A stretch of DNA of 64,000 nucleotides from a virus. The position numbers and the translations under genes are program-made. Below, piece by piece: positions 10,603 to 21,173 of the stretch (position 1 is its first letter; each line of letters opens with the position of its first letter). The notes beneath the pieces were generated by a model. The model was not told the origin of the DNA and did no database searches. It saw only the letters and a list, made by a program, of their open reading frames with translations. The DNA is taken from the IMG/VR virus record IMGVR_UViG_3300009149_000019, positions 20,003 through 84,002 of that record. The stretch is one strand, 5' to 3'.

Positions 10603-10762
10603 GAAATTATCTGGATGGTCAGTCGTGTTAGGGTTCTGGAAAAAAGGTAAGCGCCCTGAGTTCATAACATGGGAGAGGAAGGATATTGATGACACTCTGT
10701 ATTCTGGTCATTACTACGCAGAGCTTCCAGCGGCTTACGCTGATTTTAAGAAAAGGAGGTGA
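10562..10762 (+). CDS. Small hypothetical protein
   Basis: AAGGAGG SD before ATG 10562 (track starts at 10487). Confidence 0.6.
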   Translation: MARKLIILFQKPSEKLSGWSVVLGFWKKGKRPEFITWERKDIDDTLYSGHYYAELPAAYADFKKRR

Positions 10763-10837
10763 TTGTTGGCACAGTGAAGATATATAACCAACCACTAACT
10801 ATGAGGTACTAGTGCGTCTGTTCGTTCAGTTACAAAG

Positions 10838-11473
10838 ATGAGGAAACCAATGAAATTAAAGGGGTTCAAACGAAAGCTAAAACAAAACAGATTAACAGCC
10901 GGCAATGTAAAGCTGTCGAAGAAAATTCTGATCTTTAATCTTCCTTCTGGTAAGCAAGGTACTTGTCCAATTACCTGTAATAGCTGCTATTCTCTAAGAA
11001 CTGAGAAGAGGTGGCCTAATGTTAAGGTATGGAGGAATGAGAATCTGCAGCTTGCCAAACATAATCTACCCGTGTTAGAAGAGTGTGTACACGGGCAGTT
11101 GTACAGGTCAAGGAAGAGTATTGTCAGAATTCATGAGGGTGGGGACTTCTTCTCTCAGCCATATCTGGACATGTGGTCTGGAATAGCAACTTCTTTTCCT
11201 GATAACCGTTTCTATGCCTACACAAAAACCTTAGAGTTGTTTAACTTCTCTAGGTTCTCAATCCTTCCAAACGTTAACATAATTAATAGCCATATTGAGG
11301 GTAACATTAATTATGGAAGTCTGAACTATTGTAATAGCCTTGTGGAAGAGTATGGAGCGTTTCTCTGTCCAGCAACCTTAGATAAGCACCTGGGCAGAAA
11401 GAGGAAAACTGTATGTGGAGAAGATTGTACCTACTGTATAACAGAGGCAGCTCCAGTGTTCTTGAAACATTAA
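10838..11473 (+). CDS. Phage Gp88-like protein (radical-SAM-related fold)
   Basis: FNLPSG..TCPITCNSCY, RIHEGGDFFS, FYAYTK, C-terminal CP..CGEDCTYC. Confidence 0.7.
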   Translation: MRKPMKLKGFKRKLKQNRLTAGNVKLSKKILIFNLPSGKQGTCPITCNSCYSLRTEKRWPNVKVWRNENLQLAKHNLPVLEECVHGQLYRSRKSIVRIHEGGDFFSQPYLDMWSGIATSFPDNRFYAYTKTLELFNFSRFSILPNVNIINSHIEGNINYGSLNYCNSLVEEYGAFLCPATLDKHLGRKRKTVCGEDCTYCITEAAPVFLKH

Positions 11474-11525
11474 TAATTTAGCAGGGGGGTGGTTATGTAT
11501 GACACTCCCCTCCTTTGGAGGATTC

Positions 11526-11696
11526 ATGTGTAAAAAGGATGATATCGTTTCCATAGTGAGTGAGATACAGATAGAAGAGAAGGAATGGGTTGATAAGAAA
11601 GTGGACTGTGCCCTAAGAGAAATGGCGAAGAGAAGGACCCCATTGTGGAAAAGGGCTCTATATTTTATGGGGAAGCTGGTGAGAAAAAAAGAGTAG
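11526..11696 (+). CDS. Small hypothetical protein
   Basis: GGAGG SD before ATG 11526. Confidence 0.5.
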   Translation: MCKKDDIVSIVSEIQIEEKEWVDKKVDCALREMAKRRTPLWKRALYFMGKLVRKKE

Positions 11697-11751
11697 CTTT
11701 TTCCTGTTGTATGGAGTATCCTAAGTGGCACATTACTTTGGAGGATCTTCT

Positions 11752-12735
11752 ATGACATTATGGCACTTGGCTGACATCCACTTCGGAAAGGTGAAACAGG
11801 AAACGATTGAGGACTTCTATAAAGTTACTGATGGGTTAGATAACCCAGATAAAATTATAATAGCCGGAGATCTGTTTCACTCATCTTACTATTTTGAGGA
11901 TGAGACTACCAGGAATGTTCTTTTCTTTGTGGATTACCTTCTATCCAAGTGTCCTGACGTATCTTTTACTAAAGGAACACACTCCCACGACAGGAGTAAC
12001 CTTCTTACATTAAAAGATATATTCAAGGACAGGATTGAGGTGTATCAGTCACCAACAGATGAGGGAGGCTTTTGCTTTGTACCAGAGCCAACAATTAATA
12101 CAATTGAGGAGACCATAAAGATGATCTCCAGTACAGATGCTCCTCATCTTGTTTATCACGGCGACATTGAATCTGCTAAATACCCTTCAGGTGTTAACGC
12201 AGAGGATAAAAGCAGCTGCTTCTTACGTAAGTCCTTGTTTAAGAAGTTTGCACTAGTGATGGCTGGGCACATACACAGCAACCAGCGTCTAAAAGGAACC
12301 AGTATTTATTACACAGGATCCCTGGGAAGGTTTCAGTTTGGTGAAGAGGAGGACAAAGGTTTTTACGTTCATTCTCTTGTAAAGGAGAAATGGGCAAGTG
12401 TGTTTATTCCTGTGAAGTCTCCAGCGTATAAAACATACGGGGTAGAAAATGATACCGAACTTGAGGCGCTCATAGCATCTCTTGATAATGAAGAACCGGT
12501 TCGTGTTTTAATGTCAAAGTCCAGACAGAAGACACTAACTATTCCAAAGTTTGTAAGTATAGAGGCGAACATCGATAGGACACCGGTCACGTCAAGTAAA
12601 ATACAGGAACTTGCCGCATCGGATAAGCCGATGTACGATAAGGTGATTACTTACATAGAAGAGAAGATGCAGCTAGAGACCAATGAGATTTTAAAAAAAG
12701 AACTCTCTACCGTGCTTAAGCATGTTGGTGTCTAG
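11752..12735 (+). CDS. sbcD: SbcD/Mre11-like nuclease (metallophosphoesterase)
   Basis: LADIHFG, AGDLFH, KGTHSHD, YHGD, AGHIH, YTGSLGRFQFGEEEDKG; GGAGG SD. Confidence 0.85.
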   Translation: MTLWHLADIHFGKVKQETIEDFYKVTDGLDNPDKIIIAGDLFHSSYYFEDETTRNVLFFVDYLLSKCPDVSFTKGTHSHDRSNLLTLKDIFKDRIEVYQSPTDEGGFCFVPEPTINTIEETIKMISSTDAPHLVYHGDIESAKYPSGVNAEDKSSCFLRKSLFKKFALVMAGHIHSNQRLKGTSIYYTGSLGRFQFGEEEDKGFYVHSLVKEKWASVFIPVKSPAYKTYGVENDTELEALIASLDNEEPVRVLMSKSRQKTLTIPKFVSIEANIDRTPVTSSKIQELAASDKPMYDKVITYIEEKMQLETNEILKKELSTVLKHVGV

Positions 12736-12756
12736 AAGAATTAAGGAGGCCACCTT

Positions 12757-15165
12757 ATGAGATTATCCAGCCTTGTGGAAAAGTCTTCCTGTACAGATAA
12801 AAAGCAATCATCTTGTCAGAAATGTCCTTTAAGCACACGACAGTTTATCCCACCTATACTGCATGATAACAGTAATATCCTTATGGTGGGAGATATACCT
12901 GTAAAAGATGAGTCTGACGCTGGTAGGCCTATTGCTGGTAAGGCTGGAAAGATTCTTAAAGAATACCTGGACATCCATGGCATCGACAGGGATACCGTAT
13001 CCGTTTCGAATGTGGTCAAATGTAGACCAGATGAAAAGGATACCTTCAAGGTAAACCACATAACTGAATGTGGTGACCGATTTTTGGCGAATGAGGTCTC
13101 CTCCCTGAAGAGTCTTAAGCTAATAGTGTTGCTGGGTAAAACAGCGTTCAGCTACTTTTTTAATAAGGGAAATTATGCAAAGAGCTGCGGACATTTCATG
13201 GCTGGGCACGGCGCTACCTTCTTCTGTATGTTACCACCCTCTCAGGCTTATAAAAGAGAAGAGGAGTTCTCCAATGACATTAAGAAGATAAAGCTGTTTC
13301 TAGATGGGGCTTTATTTACTGATAGGAATTACATCGTTGTTGACTCCATGGACAAACTGAAGGCTGCGGAACAGACCCTTTCACAGTATGACACCCTGTC
13401 TATTGATATCGAAACAAATATTATTCCAAAGAGACGAGAGATAAAACCTCTAACCTTAAAGACATTTGCGATATCTCCAGAAAAGAATGTGTCATACGGA
13501 TTCTATATGGAGTGTGATAAGACGATATCCCCCAGGTATCATCAAGAAGCGTGGAGGATGCTGTCTTCTTTTCTTGTGAACCCGAAGATAAAAAAGGTGT
13601 TCCATAATGCAGCCTTCGAGTGTAAGCAGTTCAGGCTGAGAGGATGCAACCCAGTAAACTATGATGACACCATGATAGAAGCATTCCTCTTAGATGAAAA
13701 TAGACCAATCAACTTGAAGGAGCTTGCACACACCTATACTGAGGGGTATAAGAATCTTATCTCAGGATTCAATCAGACCACAGAAAAATTACTGGGTTAC
13801 AATATGGAAGATGCAGACCTAACACTGCAGCTCCACACTCAGTTTAAGCCGGCCCTTATAAAAAATAAGGGGTTGTTGTGGATATATGATAACCTGATGA
13901 TACCTGAGACTTACCTCTTTCCAACTATTGAGATGAACGGTGTGCTGTTTGACACCGATTACGCTCTTGAGCTCAACAGAGCTCTTTCTGTTGATGTAGG
14001 GCAGCTAGAGGCTTCTATATTCGGAAAGTATCCTATGCTGAGGAACACGAATCTTGACTCCCCTAAGCAACTGGCCGCATTTATGTTCGGTGTACTTGGG
14101 CTTAAGCCTAAATCTGAGACGCCCACAGGGAGACCTTCTTTAGCCAAGAACGACCTCACCCTTTTTAAAGAGGATGGTGTTGTACTAGCTGAGTGGATAT
14201 TGGAAAGGAGAGTAGTGAAAAAGCTGATCTCTACTTATGTGAAGGCTCTTCCTAATTTGTTAGGAGATGACAGTAAGTTAAGCTCTTCGTACTCCACAAC
14301 AACAGCTAAGACTGGAAGGGCTGCGTCGTCAAAGCCAAATCTTCAGAACATCCCTCGTGACAAAAGAGTTAAGAACACGTTTACTCCTGATCCCGGTAAT
14401 GTGTTTCTCCAAGGTGACTTCTCCCAGGCGGAATTACGGATAGCAGCTTCGATAGCAGATGAAAAGAGAATGATTGACATCTATAGAAATGATGGAGACA
14501 TTCATCGGCTAACTGCATCGATTGTTGCCGGAATCCCCCTCGCAGAGGTAACCAAGATACACAGACAGTCAGCTAAGGCTGTTAACTTCGGCTTTATATA
14601 TGGTATGGAGGCTCTCGGGTTTAAATCCTATGCTAAACAGGACTATAACGCGGAGTTTACAGAGAAAGAAGCTATACGGGCACGGGAGCTATATTTTGAG
14701 AACTACTCGGCATTAGCACCATGGCACGCTCGTGTAAAAAGGTTTGCTGAAAAGCATGGATACGTGGTATCTCCTCTTGGAAGAGTACGACGTTTACCTG
14801 ATGCACAGAACCATACAGACTTCAAAAAGAAAAGTTCTGCGTTAAGACAGGCCCTTAATGCACCAGTACAGGCGACCGCTGCTGATCTTACAGCATACAC
14901 AATGATCAGAGCTCAGCGGTTCTTAGAAAAAATGGACATGAAGAGTAAGTTAGTTCTAACTGTACACGACTCTATCGTGTTCTCAGCAGTGCCTGAAGAA
15001 GTTGAGGCTCTGGCAATGTTCCTTACAGATACGGTAACCTCTCTAGAAAGAAAATTTTCATGGTTAACTGTTCCGATGAAGATGGATTTTGAGATTGGTG
15101 ACCGGTGGGGAGCACTAAGAGAATGTTCAAATATTGAACAGCTGCTTCAATATCTGCAACTCTGA
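12757..15165 (+). CDS. Family A DNA polymerase with N-terminal family-4 UDG-like domain and 3'-5' exonuclease (SPO1-type architecture)
   Basis: CQKC, NVVKCRP; Exo DIET, HNAAFE, YNMEDA; TGRAASSKPNLQNIP, motif A DFSQAELR, motif B RQSAKAVNFGFIYG, motif C TVHDS. Confidence 0.95.
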   Translation: MRLSSLVEKSSCTDKKQSSCQKCPLSTRQFIPPILHDNSNILMVGDIPVKDESDAGRPIAGKAGKILKEYLDIHGIDRDTVSVSNVVKCRPDEKDTFKVNHITECGDRFLANEVSSLKSLKLIVLLGKTAFSYFFNKGNYAKSCGHFMAGHGATFFCMLPPSQAYKREEEFSNDIKKIKLFLDGALFTDRNYIVVDSMDKLKAAEQTLSQYDTLSIDIETNIIPKRREIKPLTLKTFAISPEKNVSYGFYMECDKTISPRYHQEAWRMLSSFLVNPKIKKVFHNAAFECKQFRLRGCNPVNYDDTMIEAFLLDENRPINLKELAHTYTEGYKNLISGFNQTTEKLLGYNMEDADLTLQLHTQFKPALIKNKGLLWIYDNLMIPETYLFPTIEMNGVLFDTDYALELNRALSVDVGQLEASIFGKYPMLRNTNLDSPKQLAAFMFGVLGLKPKSETPTGRPSLAKNDLTLFKEDGVVLAEWILERRVVKKLISTYVKALPNLLGDDSKLSSSYSTTTAKTGRAASSKPNLQNIPRDKRVKNTFTPDPGNVFLQGDFSQAELRIAASIADEKRMIDIYRNDGDIHRLTASIVAGIPLAEVTKIHRQSAKAVNFGFIYGMEALGFKSYAKQDYNAEFTEKEAIRARELYFENYSALAPWHARVKRFAEKHGYVVSPLGRVRRLPDAQNHTDFKKKSSALRQALNAPVQATAADLTAYTMIRAQRFLEKMDMKSKLVLTVHDSIVFSAVPEEVEALAMFLTDTVTSLERKFSWLTVPMKMDFEIGDRWGALRECSNIEQLLQYLQL

Positions 15166-15253
15166 TATTTCACTAAAAAATATTTCCCTTCTAATAAAGA
15201 ACCTGTTATTATAGATTTGCTGTAAAAAGCAAAAAACATAGTAGGAGGTTCTT

Positions 15254-15751
15254 ATGCTGTTAGAAGGCATGCAGGACATCAAGTCCACCTTCTATCTCCA
15301 AGTCGACGGTGAGTTAACTGAGGTAGAAATTAGTCTGGAGAAGGTCTTCGTCGTCAATGAGCACGACATCAAAGGTGAGTTGCTGAGGCACGCTTCCATT
15401 GTTGCCTGGTTTGGTATGATCCACAATTCATATCAGCAGAATCTTTCTGCCCTTAGAGGTGAGCAGAAAATAATGGATGCAGAGCTCTATGGTGAAAAGA
15501 AAACCATTCTTGAGAGTGCCGGAGCCAGAGCTACCGTTGATGGTATCAAGGCGGAAGTAATCATTGACGCTCGTATGCAGGCAATGAATAAGCGCATACG
15601 GGACACAGAGTCGGATGTAGGCGCATTGTTCGCAATTAAGAACGCACTCGACCACAAAAAGGATATGCTTATCCAGCTTGGTGGTTTACACAAAAGGGAA
15701 ATGGATCTCCAATCCCTCCTGGATTTGCAATCAGTCCATGGAGGTGCATAG
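15254..15751 (+). CDS. UvsY-like recombination mediator (coiled-coil)
   Basis: Helical 165 aa, ATVDGIKAEVIID, KKDMLIQLG; lies between polymerase and SSB/RecA. Confidence 0.55.
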   Translation: MLLEGMQDIKSTFYLQVDGELTEVEISLEKVFVVNEHDIKGELLRHASIVAWFGMIHNSYQQNLSALRGEQKIMDAELYGEKKTILESAGARATVDGIKAEVIIDARMQAMNKRIRDTESDVGALFAIKNALDHKKDMLIQLGGLHKREMDLQSLLDLQSVHGGA

Positions 15752-15769
15752 GTAAACACACAAAATTTC

Positions 15770-15798
15770 TTGTATTACCGGTAACCGTGTGGTAACCT
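15770..15798 (+). promoter_or_regulatory. sigma70-type promoter, extended -10
   Basis: TTGTAT-N17-TAACCT with TG one base upstream of the -10 element, upstream of SSB gene. Confidence 0.5.
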
Positions 15799-15845
15799 AG
15801 CACTAGCGCACAACAATGCGCAAAAAACAAACGGAGGTACATCTC

Positions 15846-16784
15846 ATGGCTGGTCTCAACATCGAGGCGTTCAAGCAACAAATGGCAGGAAAGAAAAAAA
15901 CGCAGTACTGGTCCTTTAAGGACGGGTCTAATTACATTCGTGTATTGCCAAGGTCTATTCAGTACTACTCTCCTGAAGGGGATTGTGAGTTCTCCTTCCA
16001 TTATTTTAGGCACTACCGTGTGTCTGAGACAGAATCGATCGTATGTCCAAAATCCCCACATATAGGGCGGCCTTGTCCTATTTGTGAGAAGATTAAACTT
16101 CTTTGGGATTCCACGGATCCAGAGGATCATCACCTAGCTCGTCAGATTAAGAAGACGAAAAGGGTTCTCTGTAATGTCATAGACATGGACAGCGTCGAAG
16201 CAGGTATCCAGGTTCTGGAAACAGGGCCTCAGGTTTATTCTGAGGTTGCAAAGTGGGTAGTTAACCCTAAATGGGGCGATTTGTTTGACATAACACAAGG
16301 AAGATCCATTACTGTTGACAAAAACCCACCAAAAAACAAGAATGACTGGACAAAGTACGTGGTGACTCCTGATCCAGAACCTACTTCTGTTAAAGAAGTA
16401 CTTCCACCATCATGGCAGGATGACATTAACCTGCTTGAGTCAAAACTCCCTCTTGCTAAGTCTTATGAGGAAATTATGCGTGTCATGCATCCTGATGGAG
16501 ACTTTCCTGCAGCTAATCATGGAGTGTCTCAGGGCAGCTTCGTTCCTGAGGGGATAACAACCAGAACAGTGGCTAATCCTCCTGCGAAGGCTGAGGAACT
16601 TGTTGTTGAGGAAGAGCTTGCGGTTGAGTACGGCGAGGAAGAGGAGCAGGCACCGCCAACACCAAGAAAAACCAAAGCCCCAGAATGTTTTGGTAAATCT
16701 TATTCTCCCAAGTCGAAGACTTGTATTCCGTGCCCAAGTGAAGTGAAGGACAAATGCTGTGACGCGTTCCTTCATAGCGACTAA
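15846..16784 (+). CDS. gp32-like single-stranded DNA-binding protein
   Basis: GSNYIRVLP, HY..CP...CPICE Zn motif, NVIDM, WGDLFDITQGRSI; GGAGG SD before ATG 15846. Confidence 0.8.
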   Translation: MAGLNIEAFKQQMAGKKKTQYWSFKDGSNYIRVLPRSIQYYSPEGDCEFSFHYFRHYRVSETESIVCPKSPHIGRPCPICEKIKLLWDSTDPEDHHLARQIKKTKRVLCNVIDMDSVEAGIQVLETGPQVYSEVAKWVVNPKWGDLFDITQGRSITVDKNPPKNKNDWTKYVVTPDPEPTSVKEVLPPSWQDDINLLESKLPLAKSYEEIMRVMHPDGDFPAANHGVSQGSFVPEGITTRTVANPPAKAEELVVEEELAVEYGEEEEQAPPTPRKTKAPECFGKSYSPKSKTCIPCPSEVKDKCCDAFLHSD

Positions 16785-16796
16785 GGGGGACAATCC

Positions 16797-17936
16797 ATGG
16801 CAAAGATGTCCATCGCTCAGGCCGTAAGAAAAACAGTTCGACAGATTCAGGCATCATCAGATATCGCTGTTCCTTTTTATGTGGATAGTGGTAACTATGC
16901 GCTTAATTACATCGTATCGGGGTCCTTTTTTAAAGGATACCCCGCTGGGAGGATTACCGAACTGTTCGGAACACAGTCGACTGGCAAGTCTCTGCTAATA
17001 ACGCAGGCTATCGCTAGTGTTCAAAAGATGGGTGGAATCGCTATACTAGACGATTCTGAAAGAACGTTTGATCCATTTTTTGCTGAGAAGGTTGGAGTAA
17101 ACGTAGAAGATCTACTCATCCTAAATTCTCAGACCTTGGAGGATTTCAAAGATCCGGAAAATCCTAAGGAGATGATTCCCGGTCATTATACATCAATAAT
17201 GACTACAGTAAAGGCAATCAGAGAGCAGGATCCAAACATTCCTATACTGATTGCTCTTGACTCCATAGCCATCCTTACGACTGCTCATGAAAAGGAAGTA
17301 GGGCTGTCAAAAGTTGACATGTCCAAGGCTAAAATGGTTCGTCAGTTCATGCGACTACTTACTCCAGAAGCAGATAAATATAAGCTTTGCTATCTGGTAA
17401 GTAATCATGTTACTGCAAGTATGGCCTTGTACGGTAAATCTACAACCACGACTGGTGGTTCAGGAGTTAAGTACCAGTCTTCTGTCAGACTTGAACTGAA
17501 GACTAAGGGAAAGATTCTAGGTACTACTGGAAAGGTTAAAGGTGTCAATACCCATGTAGCATGTGAGAAATCTAAAATAACAGCACCACACAAGCAATGT
17601 CAGGTAGAGGTGCTGTTTGATATTGGCATGTCAACACTCTCAGGTGTTACAGACATGTTAATAGTAGAGGAAGTTATCGTTCAAGAAGGACCGGGATGGT
17701 TTGTAATCCCTGGTATTCTTGATAAAAAGACTCGTCGAAAGGACATTGAAGACATGATGACCAACGACATAGACTTTCTCAAACGAGTAGCAGACAAGGC
17801 TAAGCATGCTACTCAGAGTGCCAACATTTCGGAAAAAGATTTTGCTGTACCGGAAGGCACTCCTGCCCAGGACCCTTCTGTTGAACAAGCAGAAGATGCA
17901 CCCTCTCCCACAAAAAAGGGAGGAAAAAGCAAGTAA
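16797..17936 (+). CDS. recA: RecA/UvsX recombinase
   Basis: GYPAGRITELFGTQSTGKS (Walker A), DSE, LDSIA (Walker B), TTTGGSGVKYQSSVRLEL, KSKITAP. Confidence 0.92.
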   Translation: MAKMSIAQAVRKTVRQIQASSDIAVPFYVDSGNYALNYIVSGSFFKGYPAGRITELFGTQSTGKSLLITQAIASVQKMGGIAILDDSERTFDPFFAEKVGVNVEDLLILNSQTLEDFKDPENPKEMIPGHYTSIMTTVKAIREQDPNIPILIALDSIAILTTAHEKEVGLSKVDMSKAKMVRQFMRLLTPEADKYKLCYLVSNHVTASMALYGKSTTTTGGSGVKYQSSVRLELKTKGKILGTTGKVKGVNTHVACEKSKITAPHKQCQVEVLFDIGMSTLSGVTDMLIVEEVIVQEGPGWFVIPGILDKKTRRKDIEDMMTNDIDFLKRVADKAKHATQSANISEKDFAVPEGTPAQDPSVEQAEDAPSPTKKGGKSK

Positions 17937-18454
17937 TGAATTCAAAGGCTAAGGGCAACAAGTACGAGCGGGATGTTGCCCGTTTTTTGACAAGATGGAT
18001 AACTGGTAAGGATAACCCCTTACTATTCTGGAGATCAACATCATCAGGGGCGTTCTGGACAACATCACGTTGTGCAGAAGGCCAGGCTGGTGACATCTCT
18101 GCTGTACACGTAGACGGACAGTGGTTTATTGACCAGTACACTATTGAGTGTAAGTCTGTCGCCCCCATTAAATTTGATCTCGGTCACACAGGCGACCTGG
18201 AGAAGTTTTGGGGTCAGGCGATTAATCAGGCACGAGGGATTGATAGAGAACCTCTTTTGTTTCTTAAACGGAACAATCGTAAGGAACTCTTTGGTTGCTC
18301 CGCCAGAATCGGTAGATTCTTTACAGATCGCCTGTCTGCGAGTATAGTTATCTGTTTTGCAGAGTTCAAACCTGAGCCCTTAGCCTTGTTCCTCACGTCA
18401 GATGTTCAGGGAGTACCATTCTCTGAGTTTAAGAAGTTCACCGAAACAAATTAA
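17936..18454 (+). CDS. Holliday junction resolvase (PD-(D/E)XK, Hjc-like)
   Basis: SKAKGNKYERDVA, SG, GDI, IECK, FWGQA, PLLFLKRN. Confidence 0.8.
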   Translation: MNSKAKGNKYERDVARFLTRWITGKDNPLLFWRSTSSGAFWTTSRCAEGQAGDISAVHVDGQWFIDQYTIECKSVAPIKFDLGHTGDLEKFWGQAINQARGIDREPLLFLKRNNRKELFGCSARIGRFFTDRLSASIVICFAEFKPEPLALFLTSDVQGVPFSEFKKFTETN

Positions 18455-18472
18455 AGTAAGTAGGAGGATCTT

Positions 18473-18670
18473 ATGCCTATATTAAAGGAGATCTCTGTTT
18501 CCTATGGAAGGAAATGTACGAGAAACTATCAGACAATGGATCTGCTCATAGCAGAATCTTACACTATGGAGGAGGGTGAGGACATTGAGGTAGTTAAGGA
18601 GGAGTTGATGAATCAACTTATGAGGACAGTTGATCGTCGAATCCTGGCTCATGCAAAAGATGAGCTGTGA
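18473..18670 (+). CDS. Small hypothetical protein
   Basis: AGGAGG SD, 65 aa. Confidence 0.7.
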   Translation: MPILKEISVSYGRKCTRNYQTMDLLIAESYTMEEGEDIEVVKEELMNQLMRTVDRRILAHAKDEL

Positions 18671-18758
18671 GGTGTGGCTGGCCTAGAGACCAGTCACCAC
18701 AAGATGAAAAAGTGCTTTAAGAAAGATCAGAGTTCGTTTCTGATTAGGAGGAAAATCA

Positions 18759-19181
18759 GTGGTTACCAAAATCCTATCTTATGCTCCGAGGATTGCTTCC
18801 CTTCTTAGAATGGGAAGTCAGGTTTGGCAGGCTATTGTTCAGGCGATTCAGAAGAAAAGATCGTGGCTCATAAAGTCTGCTGAGGTAATTGAGTGTATTA
18901 GCGTTGCTCTGGAAGTAGGCTCCGCTTTTCTCTCAGCTGGAAAAGGGTTCGTAAGGGATGTGGTCACTGTGAGAGCATTGTCCACACTGAACCAAGTAGC
19001 TGAAAAAGCGCAGGCTTTTGCAGACTACTGTAAGACATCAGCCTCTGAATGGGTAACTGAGACAGGAGAGAGCTGTCTCGAATTCCTTGACAAAGTGACT
19101 GAAACCATGGATACTGTTAGAACTGAGCTTGACAACATTAGGGTTGCGTGCCTAAGAGGCTCATTTCAGGTAGTATCCTAG
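18759..19181 (+). CDS. Hypothetical helical protein
   Basis: AGGAGG SD, GTG start. Confidence 0.65.
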   Translation: MVTKILSYAPRIASLLRMGSQVWQAIVQAIQKKRSWLIKSAEVIECISVALEVGSAFLSAGKGFVRDVVTVRALSTLNQVAEKAQAFADYCKTSASEWVTETGESCLEFLDKVTETMDTVRTELDNIRVACLRGSFQVVS

Positions 19182-19199
19182 TCTACAGAGGAGCTGTGT

Positions 19200-21125
19200 A
19201 TGATAAAATACTTCAAACTAACTGGGCTGAAAACATTGGATAAAGAGTTTGAGTTTAACTTCGGACCGGGAAGCTACCTGTTCTGTGGTCCTAACGGAGC
19301 AGGTAAGACAACGGTTCTTGACTCACTCCATCCATTTGACACATCTATCTCTAGAGGAGTAAGTATTAGAGATATGCTTAACCCGGGTGGTATGAAGGAA
19401 ATAGTCATAACCAGGCACGAAGATGAGTTCCTTATCCGCATTACTAAGATGAAGGGATCAAGTGATACCTTCTTCATCCAGAAGAACGGGAAGAAGCATC
19501 TGCTAACACAGAAGGTAAGTGCATTCAGAGACGAGGTCAACCGTCTCTTTCTACCCAACGTGTTCCAGTTTCTTCAGATACACGCAGATTCCCCAGATTT
19601 AAGTCGGGTAAAGAACGTTGAGTTCAAGCAACAACTACTGGAGCTTGCAGGAGGAGACCAGTTTGAGGTTATCCGAGGGGAGATCAAAAAACGGCTGAGT
19701 TCCTCTAAGTTCCATATAACAGCAAAAGAGGGAGAGTTAGCAGGAATTCGGATTGGGCAGGATGAGCTGCATATTACTGGGAGTCCTGATGAGGTTAAAG
19801 ACAGTCTAGTTAAGGCTAAGGCAAAGAAAAAGAAACTAGAAACCCTTGTCAGTGAAATGGAAGTAGTTCGCCAGGAATATACAAACCTGACATCCAGAAG
19901 AAACTTGCTTATACACCAACTCCAAGTTGCTGAGACTGAGGTTAACAGGATAGAAGATATCCTTCCTAAGCTTGATATGTATAGGAGAGACCTTATGCCT
20001 CTTGATGAAAAGAGAGAACGTCTTTCCAGTATATTAGAAGAGCTGTCTGAGATTCAGACCATAGAATTTAATGAACTATCCGCATTGCAAAGAGATACTA
20101 ATACTCTTGAAGAGCAAATGCGTGAACTCAGCAGAAAGCTTTCTGTATCTGAGAAGTTCAAGGACATTCCTTGTGGTAAGGATCTTCAGAGTACGTGTCC
20201 TCTTGTACCTGAGATAGAAAACGTCAGGGATCTCAAAGATCAAATGGTTTTAGTTAAGATAGAAAAGGGAGAGAAGATGACCCTTACTGAAGCTACGAAG
20301 GCTAAAAACATTGATAGAAAGAAGATATTAGTGCTAGAGAAGACAACTTTAGTAAAAGAGGTTGCTCATCTAACATCTCTTCATGATGAGGTTATTCGAT
20401 ATGAGGATTGTGAAAATAGACTGGAAGGTCTATTATCTCAGATAGAGGTACTAACAAAACAGATAAAGGAGATTGATGAAAACTTAACAACGTGTCTATA
20501 CGATGCAGGAAAAATGGCTGAGTTTCGAGAAATGGTCCACGGGATCATTAGGAAAATAAGCGACTGTGAGAACCAGCTCATGTTGCTTGAGCGTATGGGA
20601 AGCACAACAGAGAGAAAAGAAACACTTGAAACAGAATTAACCACTCTTCACAGCACATATGATGCCCAGGTTATTCTTAACAAGGCGTTCTCTGTCAATG
20701 AGTTTCCCGTCCTTACCCTGAATAGCGTTGTTGGAAGAATGAACGTGGGCGCCAACAGCTTATTCCAGGTGTTCGTACCTGAGCTTTCGCTCAACGCGTA
20801 CGTAAAGGACGACGCTAGGCAAACTATCGAGCCGGATGTCTATAAAAACGGTCAATCCGTACTCATGTTTCTTTTATCCACTGGTGAGAAGGTCTGGTGT
20901 AACAGAATTACGAAAATTGCGTTGGCCCTGATTGCAAACCAGCAACATCCATTCATGGATGTACTCACGTGTGATGAAGGAGACGGAGCTCTTCATGTGA
21001 GCGTTAGAGAAGATTTTCTTAAAGCACACAGAACAATTTTGGAGTCTTCTGGTCTTAGCCAGCTGTTTCTGGTTAGCCATGATCCACGTGCTGAGAAAGT
21101 TTTCGATAACGTTATACGGTTCTAA
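19200..21125 (+). CDS. sbcC: SbcC/Rad50-like SMC ATPase
   Basis: Walker A GPNGAGKT, long coiled coil with central IPCGKDLQSTCP, signature LSTGEK, Walker B CDEGDGAL, VSH. Confidence 0.88.
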   Translation: MIKYFKLTGLKTLDKEFEFNFGPGSYLFCGPNGAGKTTVLDSLHPFDTSISRGVSIRDMLNPGGMKEIVITRHEDEFLIRITKMKGSSDTFFIQKNGKKHLLTQKVSAFRDEVNRLFLPNVFQFLQIHADSPDLSRVKNVEFKQQLLELAGGDQFEVIRGEIKKRLSSSKFHITAKEGELAGIRIGQDELHITGSPDEVKDSLVKAKAKKKKLETLVSEMEVVRQEYTNLTSRRNLLIHQLQVAETEVNRIEDILPKLDMYRRDLMPLDEKRERLSSILEELSEIQTIEFNELSALQRDTNTLEEQMRELSRKLSVSEKFKDIPCGKDLQSTCPLVPEIENVRDLKDQMVLVKIEKGEKMTLTEATKAKNIDRKKILVLEKTTLVKEVAHLTSLHDEVIRYEDCENRLEGLLSQIEVLTKQIKEIDENLTTCLYDAGKMAEFREMVHGIIRKISDCENQLMLLERMGSTTERKETLETELTTLHSTYDAQVILNKAFSVNEFPVLTLNSVVGRMNVGANSLFQVFVPELSLNAYVKDDARQTIEPDVYKNGQSVLMFLLSTGEKVWCNRITKIALALIANQQHPFMDVLTCDEGDGALHVSVREDFLKAHRTILESSGLSQLFLVSHDPRAEKVFDNVIRF

Positions 21126-21173
21126 GTCCAAACACAATAATCGATACTACTATAATAATAAAGGAGTTGTGTT

